A stretch of DNA of 5,649 nt from Halalkalibacterium halodurans (GTDB taxonomy: Bacteria; Bacillota; Bacilli; Bacillales; Bacillaceae_D). This document shows, in pieces, positions 1-5,649 of the stretch (positions within the stretch are counted from its first letter, which is position 1; each line of letters opens with the position of its first letter). A program made the translations under genes and the position numbers. The notes under the pieces were generated by a model. The model ran no database searches. It was not told where the DNA came from and saw nothing but the letters and a program-made list of their open reading frames with translations. The DNA lies in contig NZ_SNUY01000112.1 in assembly GCF_004376175.1 (NCBI RefSeq), positions 1-5,649 of the forward strand, written 5' to 3'.

Positions 1-410
1 GCCGCCAATTGATCAAACCGGCGCATGGCAGTTGTCACGGACGTTTGGAATTGATTCGCTGTGTCCGTAAAGTTCTTCCCTTGAATGAGCCGTAAGCGAA
101 ACGCTTGATTCCATTCCACTGTCTGACGCTGATATCGCTCTACAAAACAGGCTTTCTCCGCAAACCGCTTCCCGCATCTGCACGCGTACCGGCGCTTTCG
201 ATAGAATAGATACACCCACCGTTCAAAGAGCTTGAGATGTTGAACTTTTTGGATGCGGTAATCATGGATTCTCTCGGTTCTCTCCCCGCAGGATGGGCAA
301 CGATGAGGCGTTCGCGGCATTTCTACATGGAGCGCGATAAAGCCCTCTCGTTCCTCCATCTTTGTGACCTTCACACCTTTTAATCCGGGCAAATTCATGG
401 TAAAATTCAT
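1..410 (-). CDS. ISL3-family transposase, N-terminal ~136 codons (partial; continues beyond left window edge)
   Basis: Hand translation of the minus strand from the ATG at 410 is open to position 1: MNFTMNLPGLKGVKVTKMEEREGFIALHVEMPRTPHRCPSCGERTERIHDYRIQKVQHLKLFERWVYLFYRKRRYACRCGKRFAEKACFVERYQRQTVEWNQAFRLRLIQGKNFTDTANQFQTSVTTAMRRFDQLA. The CPxCG...R(I/V)HxYR...L...RRYxCxxCGKxFxE...FVxRYQRxT pattern matches the ISL3 zinc-finger plus HTH N-terminus as I remember it. A GGAG lies 11 nt upstream of the ATG. The ORF is absent from the supplied track because it has no stop codon in the window. The start codon is uncertain; ATG at 398 or 359 are alternatives. Confidence 0.8.
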   Translation of the reverse strand, partial: MNFTMNLPGLKGVKVTKMEEREGFIALHVEMPRTPHRCPSCGERTERIHDYRIQKVQHLKLFERWVYLFYRKRRYACRCGKRFAEKACFVERYQRQTVEWNQAFRLRLIQGKNFTDTANQFQTSVTTAMRRFDQLA

Positions 411-507
411 CGTACACGCAGCTCCTATCCTTTCTTTGTTTCTCGGCAATTCAAGGATAATGGATAAAGGAGCCTGCGTGCATTTTTTTTGCCCTCTTTT
501 GTGCAAA

Positions 508-531
508 AACCCCAACATTTATTGTAGAGCC
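508..531 (-). repeat. IS terminal-repeat-like sequence, inner copy (sense GGCTCTACAATAAATGTTGGGGTT)
   Basis: 21/24 identity with 560-583 in direct orientation, 52 nt apart. Confidence 0.6.
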
Positions 532-559
532 TGTTTTTTTATGCTCATATTTGTTTCTT

Positions 560-583
560 AACCCCAACAAATATTATAGAGCC
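560..583 (-). repeat. IS terminal-repeat-like sequence, outer copy (sense GGCTCTATAATATTTGTTGGGGTT)
   Basis: 21/24 identity with 508-531. It directly abuts the U-tract of the rrn/tRNA operon terminator (584-591). Confidence 0.6.
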
Positions 584-618
584 ACAAAAAAGAGCATTGG
601 ATCATCCAATGCTCTTTG
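584..618 (-). terminator. Rho-independent terminator of the rrn-tRNA operon
   Basis: The minus-strand RNA reads AAAGAGCAUUGGA-UGA-UCCAAUGCUCUUU followed by UUUGUGG. This is a perfect ~13-bp stem (589-601 pairs with 605-617) with a 3-5 nt loop and a run of 6 U overlapping the 3' arm. It lies 21 nt after the last tRNA. Confidence 0.8.
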
Positions 619-638
619 TATGTACGTATATATAGAAA

Positions 639-715
639 TGGCGCGCCCGAGAGGAGTCGAACCCCTAACCTTTTGATCCGTAGTCAAACGCTCTATCCAA
701 TTGAGCTACGGGCGC
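639..715 (-). tRNA. tRNA-Arg (anticodon ACG)
   Basis: The reverse complement GCGCCCGTAGCTCAATTGGATAGAGCGTTTGACTACGGATCAAAAGGTTAGGGGTTCGACTCCTCTCGGGCGCGCCA folds as a cloverleaf. Anticodon loop is CTACGGA and the CCA is encoded. Confidence 0.93.
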
Positions 716-730
716 AAAGCTTGTCTAAAA

Positions 731-819
731 TGGTGCCGAGGGCCGGACTCGAACCGGCACGGTAGTCACCTACCGCAGGATTTTAAGTCCTGTGTGTCTG
801 CCAATTCCACCACCCCGGC
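731..819 (-). tRNA. tRNA-Leu (anticodon TAA)
   Basis: The reverse complement begins GCCGGGGTGGTGGAATTGGCAGACAC. Anticodon stem-loop is CAGGA-CTTAAAA-TCCTG, with a long variable arm, T arm GCCGGTTCGAGTCCGGC and an encoded CCA. Confidence 0.93.
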
Positions 820-845
820 AAGGAATTACGTGGAAAGATCAAAAA

Positions 846-916
846 AGGCGGCACCCGGATTCGAACCGGGGATAAGGGTTTTGCAGACCCGTGCCTTACC
901 ACTTGGCTATGCCGCC
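846..916 (-). tRNA. tRNA-Cys (anticodon GCA), CCA not encoded
   Basis: The reverse complement is GGCGGCATAGCCAAGTGGTAAGGCACGGGTCTGCAAAACCCTTATCCCCGGTTCGAATCCGGGTGCCGCCT. Anticodon loop is CTGCAAA. The discriminator T is followed by TTTTTGATC rather than CCA. Confidence 0.9.
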
Positions 917-923
917 AAAGTTT

Positions 924-998
924 TGGAGCGGAAGACGGGATTCGAACCCGCGACCCCCACCTTGGCAAGGTGGTGTTCTACCACTGAACTACTTCCGC
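924..998 (-). tRNA. tRNA-Gly (anticodon GCC)
   Basis: The reverse complement begins GCGGAAGTAGTTCAGTGGTAGAACA. Anticodon stem-loop is CCACC-TTGCCAA-GGTGG, with T arm GCGGGTTCGAATCCCGT and an encoded CCA. Confidence 0.93.
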
Positions 999-1002
999 TT
1001 AT

Positions 1003-1077
1003 TGGCTGGGCTAGCTGGATTCGAACCAGCGCATCACGGAGTCAAAGTCCGTTGCCTTACCGCTTGGCTATAGCCCA
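1003..1077 (-). tRNA. tRNA-Gln (anticodon TTG)
   Basis: The reverse complement begins TGGGCTATAGCCAAGCGGTAAGGCA. Anticodon stem-loop is ACGGA-CTTTGAC-TCCGT, with T arm CTGGTTCGAATCCAG and an encoded CCA. Confidence 0.93.
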
Positions 1078-1090
1078 ATATCAAAACTAA

Positions 1091-1167
1091 TGGGGCGACT
1101 GATGGGAATCGAACCCACGAGTGCCGGAGCCACAATCCGGTGCGTTAACCACTTCGCCACAGTCGCC
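1091..1167 (-). tRNA. tRNA-His (anticodon GTG), with encoded G-1
   Basis: The reverse complement begins G-GCGACTGTGGCGAAGTGGTTAACGCA. Anticodon stem-loop is CCGGA-TTGTGGC-TCCGG. An extra 5' G lies opposite discriminator C, which is the His identity element. CCA is encoded. Confidence 0.93.
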
Positions 1168-1184
1168 ACACTGAAATGATAAAT

Positions 1185-1258
1185 TGGCAGGGGCAGTAGG
1201 AATCGAACCCACACCGGAGGTTTTGGAGACCTCTGTTCTACCGTTAAACTATGCCCCT
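1185..1258 (-). tRNA. tRNA-Trp (anticodon CCA)
   Basis: The reverse complement begins AGGGGCATAGTTTAACGGTAGAACA. Anticodon stem-loop is GAGGT-CTCCAAA-ACCTC, with T arm TGGGTTCGATTCCTA and an encoded CCA. Confidence 0.93.
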
Positions 1259-1269
1259 TTGAAAATAAA

Positions 1270-1354
1270 TGGTGGAGGGGGACGGATTCGAACCGCCGAA
1301 CCCTGAGGGAGCGGATTTACAGTCCGCCGCGTTTAGCCACTTCGCTACCCCTCC
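1270..1354 (-). tRNA. tRNA-Tyr (anticodon GTA)
   Basis: The reverse complement begins GGAGGGGTAGCGAAGTGGCTAAACGC. Anticodon stem-loop is GCGGA-CTGTAAA-TCCGC, with a long variable arm, T arm GCGGTTCGAATCCGT and an encoded CCA. Confidence 0.93.
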
Positions 1355-1371
1355 ATTAAGGAACAACATCT

Positions 1372-1400
1372 ATGATACCGAAAAATCATCATATCGTCAA
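1372..1400 (-). promoter_or_regulatory. Candidate internal sigma-A-type promoter between tRNA-Thr and tRNA-Tyr
   Basis: The minus strand reads TTGACG (1400-1395), a 17-nt spacer, then TATCAT (1377-1372). Each hexamer matches TTGACA/TATAAT at 5/6 positions. The predicted start is about 10 nt upstream of the tRNA-Tyr 5' end (1354). This rests on sequence match only. Confidence 0.3.
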
Positions 1401-1408
1401 TGGAAAAA

Positions 1409-1484
<76 letters not shown>

Positions 1485-1489
1485 ACAGA

Positions 1490-1565
1490 TGGTGGCTCGG
1501 GACGGAATCGAACCGCCGACACATGGATTTTCAGTCCATTGCTCTACCGACTGAGCTACCGAGCC
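1490..1565 (-). tRNA. tRNA-Phe (anticodon GAA)
   Basis: The reverse complement begins GGCTCGGTAGCTCAGTCGGTAGAGCA. Anticodon stem-loop is ATGGA-CTGAAAA-TCCAT, with T arm GCGGTTCGATTCCGT and an encoded CCA. Confidence 0.93.
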
Positions 1566-1575
1566 TTATGTATAA

Positions 1576-1652
1576 TGGCGGTCCGGACGGGACTCGAACC
1601 CGCGACCTCCTGCGTGACAGGCAGGCATTCTAACCAACTGAACTACCGGACC
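1576..1652 (-). tRNA. tRNA-Asp (anticodon GTC)
   Basis: The reverse complement begins GGTCCGGTAGTTCAGTTGGTTAGAATG. Anticodon stem-loop is CCTGC-CTGTCAC-GCAGG, with T arm GCGGGTTCGAGTCCCGT and an encoded CCA. Confidence 0.93.
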
Positions 1653-1656
1653 TTAT

Positions 1657-1733
<77 letters not shown>

Positions 1734-1750
<17 letters not shown>

Positions 1751-1912
1751 GATGATGTTTTTTCTAAGAAGCAGGACCTCTCCTCTTCTTGCTTTCTCAC
1801 AGACGCCATCATGCGTCGAGGTTACTCGTTGCTTTCTCGGCAGAAGTTTCGCTCGTTGCTCCATCCCGCGCCGTTATAAAGTATATGAGTAATTTTCTTC
1901 TTAATGAGTGAA
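1734..1912 (-). other. Expanded 179-nt tRNA-Val / tRNA-fMet intergenic spacer
   Basis: All other spacers in the array are 1-54 nt. This one contains the orphan fMet fragment and a 106-nt unique block (1751-1856). The block has hairpins at 1766-1790 and 1802-1817. It also has exact short direct repeats: ttgctttctc at 1789-1798 and 1829-1838, and ctcgttgct at 1825-1833 and 1852-1860. Confidence 0.85.
1857..1887 (-). pseudogene. Orphan tRNA-fMet 5' fragment (14 nt, G7 changed to A) plus a copy of its upstream spacer
   Basis: tgctccatcccgcgccgttataaagtatatg. The sense strand reads CATATACTTTATAACGG-CGCGGGATGGAGCA and then diverges completely from the tRNA sequence. Confidence 0.8.
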
Positions 1913-1988
1913 TGGTGGAGGATGACAGGATCGAACTGCCGACCCCCTGCTTGTAAGGCAGGTGCTCTCCCAGCTGAGCTAATCCTCC
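1913..1988 (-). tRNA. tRNA-Val (anticodon TAC)
   Basis: The reverse complement begins GGAGGATTAGCTCAGCTGGGAGAGCA. Anticodon stem-loop is CCTGC-CTTACAA-GCAGG, with T arm GGCAGTTCGATCCTGTC and an encoded CCA. Confidence 0.93.
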
Positions 1989-2022
1989 GATACATAAAGA
2001 ACATAAAGTCCTAAAGAAAGAA

Positions 2023-2094
2023 TGACCCGTACGGGATTCGAACCCGTGTTACCGCCGTGAAAGGGCGGTGTCTTAACCACTTGACCAACGGGCC
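2023..2094 (-). tRNA. tRNA-Glu (anticodon TTC), CCA not encoded
   Basis: The reverse complement is GGCCCGTTGGTCAAGTGGTTAAGACACCGCCCTTTCACGGCGGTAACACGGGTTCGAATCCCGTACGGGTCA. Anticodon loop is CTTTCAC. The discriminator A is followed by TTCTTTCTTT rather than CCA. Confidence 0.9.
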
Positions 2095-2107
2095 ACGGTA
2101 ATTTATC

Positions 2108-2201
2108 TGGCGGAGAGCGAGGGATTCGAACCCTCGAGACGGTTTGTCACCGCCTACACGATTTCCAATCGTGCTCCTTCGGCCAACTCGGACAGCTCTC
2201 C
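2108..2201 (-). tRNA. tRNA-Ser (anticodon GGA)
   Basis: The reverse complement begins GGAGAGCTGTCCGAGTTGGCCGAAGGAG. Anticodon stem-loop is CACGA-TTGGAAA-TCGTG, with a long variable arm, T arm GAGGGTTCGAATCCCTC and an encoded CCA. Confidence 0.92.
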
Positions 2202-2202
2202 G

Positions 2203-2277
2203 TGGCTCCACAGGTAGGACTCGAACCTACGACCGATCGGTTAACAGCCGATTGCTCTACCACTGAGCTACTGTGGA
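2203..2277 (-). tRNA. tRNA-Asn (anticodon GTT)
   Basis: The reverse complement begins TCCACAGTAGCTCAGTGGTAGAGCA. Anticodon stem-loop is ATCGG-CTGTTAA-CCGAT, with T arm GTAGGTTCGAGTCCTAC and an encoded CCA. Only 1 nt separates its CCA end from the 5' end of tRNA-Ser. Confidence 0.93.
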
Positions 2278-2286
2278 ACATTAGTT

Positions 2287-2403
2287 GCTTGGCAGCGTCC
2301 TACTCTCGCAGGGGGAAGCCCCCAACTACCATCGGCGCTGAAGAGCTTAACGACCGTGTTCGGCATGGGAACGGGTGTGGCCTCTTCGCTATCGCCACCA
2401 AAC
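2287..2403 (-). rRNA. rrf: 5S ribosomal RNA
   Basis: The reverse complement is GTTTGGTGGCGATAGCGAAGAGGCCACACCCGTTCCCATGCCGAACACGGTCGTTAAGCTCTTCAGCGCCGATGGTAGTTGGGGGCTTCCCCCTGCGAGAGTAGGACGCTGCCAAGC. It is near-identical in layout to the B. subtilis 5S rRNA as I remember it. Ends are accurate to about 1-2 nt. Confidence 0.95.
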
Positions 2404-2410
2404 CATTTAG

Positions 2411-2442
2411 TTACGGCTTCCGATTAACGTCGCATCTTGGTG
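2411..2442 (-). repeat. Pre-5S leader repeat, 5S-proximal copy
   Basis: The core 2413-2434 (acggcttccgattaacgtcgca) matches 2584-2605 at 21/22 positions. Flanking bases extend the similarity to about 32 nt with a 1-nt indel. Confidence 0.85.
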
Positions 2443-2580
2443 TCATCTTCACTCCTTCAGATCCTCACGTACCGTGTGTACGCTCCGGTCTGTCGTCGCT
2501 CGATTCCTAAAACTGCTCGTTTCTCGAAACCCTTTCCTTTGGACCGTAAGAGAATAATCTCTTGATCCTCTTTGTAGATA

Positions 2581-2612
2581 TTCACGGCTTCCGATCAACG
2601 TCGCACATGGTG
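2581..2612 (-). repeat. Pre-5S leader repeat, 23S-proximal copy
   Basis: The core 2584-2605 (acggcttccgatcaacgtcgca) is a direct repeat of 2413-2434 with a 171-nt period. In this copy the sense strand also forms the hairpin CAAC-A-TCGCAC-CAT-GTGCGA-C-GTTG, which the other copy lacks. Confidence 0.85.
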
Positions 2613-2708
2613 CGATGTTGTATCGAAGCTTCTTTGGAGAACAAGATTCTCTCAAAACTAGATAATGGGACGCTTCTCGAGTTCGAGACGTTGCTTTTGA
2701 TTTGTTTT

Positions 2709-5646
<2,938 letters not shown>

Positions 5647-5649
5647 AAA

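Larger units (their letters stand above)
1..583 (-). mobile_element. ISL3-family insertion sequence, transposase-proximal end (partial); boundary at 583 or 531
   Basis: The transposase ORF is preceded by a ~100-170 nt leader and by terminal GGCTCT...-type sequences (reverse complement of 560-583 and of 508-531). ISL3 ends typically begin GGCTCTT/GGCTCTA as I recall. The other end of the element is outside the window. Confidence 0.6.
2404..2708 (-). other. 23S-5S internal transcribed spacer, expanded to 305 nt
   Basis: The interval between the recognised 23S 3' end (GGACTTATCCA) and the 5S 5' end. It contains stem-loops near the 23S end (TCTCGA-AC-TCGAGA at about 2669-2682; UUUGAGAGAA/UUCUCCAAA at about 2633-2656). 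It also contains a duplicated pre-5S leader segment flanking a 138-nt unique block. Confidence 0.85.

Noticed and set aside
411-518. An in-frame ATG at 518 would extend the transposase ORF by 36 codons
   Set aside because: That ATG lies inside the inner terminal-repeat copy and has no SD. The extension (MLGFLHKRGQKKCTQAPLSIILELPRNKERIGAACT) does not resemble ISL3 N-termini, whereas MNFTMNLPGLKGV... does.
13-561. Track ORFs 13..219 (-) and 364..561 (+)
   Set aside because: 13..219 is an alternative frame of the region whose other minus-strand frame gives a clean ISL3 transposase N-terminus. 364..561 is antisense to the transposase start and leader, and is hydrophobic junk without an RBS.
618-638. 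Alternating purine-pyrimidine run tgtatgtacgtatatata between the terminator and tRNA-Arg
   Set aside because: It is short, AT-rich spacer with no partner repeat or ORF, and is most simply the unstructured linker preceding the terminator hairpin.
1766-1790. Hairpin AAGAAG(C)AGG/CCTCTTCTT as an internal terminator in the Val-fMet spacer
   Set aside because: On the transcribed (minus) strand it is followed by an A-run, not a U-run. On the plus strand the T-run precedes the stem. It therefore fits an intrinsic terminator in neither direction.
1992-2008. Tandem 9-nt repeat acataaaga/acataaagt in the Glu-Val spacer
   Set aside because: There are only two short AT-rich units, consistent with slippage in a spacer, and no further structure or motif is associated.
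2443-2580. The 138-nt block as a decayed second 5S gene (a 23S-5S-5S arrangement)
   Set aside because: Only short non-collinear matches to 5S are present (AAGAGG; ACACGGT), with the wrong spacing. No helix I or loop E equivalents are present.
2443-2580. Bacillaceae-1 RNA motif (two hairpins with UCCU loops, often near rRNA operons) on the plus strand, which has six TCC/TCCT sites
   Set aside because: I could not place any of the TCCT motifs in the terminal loop of a convincing hairpin on the plus strand, so the match rests on motif count only. A cmscan with the Rfam model would settle it.
2411-2620. Micro-ORFs in the duplicated pre-5S leader: AAGGAG-5 nt-ATG MTPRCDVNRKP* (start at about 2448) and MCDVDRKP* (start at about 2609). 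The two repeat substitutions are D/N and TGA/TAA.
   Set aside because: Two substitutions cannot demonstrate coding constraint. The first copy has no SD, rRNA precursors are not expected to be translated, and the shared frame follows automatically from the repeat. Ribosome profiling could test this, but I do not call it.

Overview
Almost the whole window is stable-RNA DNA on the minus strand. It is the distal part of a Bacillaceae-type rrn operon; the Geobacillus-like appearance of the rRNA is from my memory only and is not verifiable here. In transcription order (high to low coordinates) it contains: a complete 23S rRNA (2709-5646), an unusually long 305-nt 23S-5S spacer, 5S rRNA (2287-2403), a 16-gene tRNA array (Asn-Ser-Glu-Val-fMet-Asp-Phe-Thr-Tyr-Trp-His-Gln-Gly-Cys-Leu-Arg, 639-2277) and a strong intrinsic terminator (584-618). 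The tRNA order matches the B. subtilis trnD cluster as I recall it, except for the last gene. Directly against the terminator lies the end of an ISL3-family insertion sequence. Its transposase ORF (410 down to 1, minus strand) runs off the left edge, so it is missing from the supplied ORF track. Every ORF in the track overlaps rRNA or tRNA genes, or is out of frame or antisense to the transposase, and I consider all of them spurious. I see no protein-coding novel system such as defence, toxin-antitoxin or CRISPR. Four things deserve a second look. (1) A 138-nt unique segment in the 23S-5S spacer is bracketed by direct repeats of the pre-5S leader. (2) A 106-nt unique segment in the Val-fMet spacer is bracketed by a 31-nt direct repeat that includes the first 14 nt of tRNA-fMet. 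Both have the same repeat-insert-repeat design immediately upstream of a mature RNA 5' end, and both are purine-rich on the sense strand with SD-like GGA/GGAG motifs. (3) The IS terminal sequence is present as a tandem pair. (4) A near-consensus sigma-A-like promoter sits inside the tRNA array.
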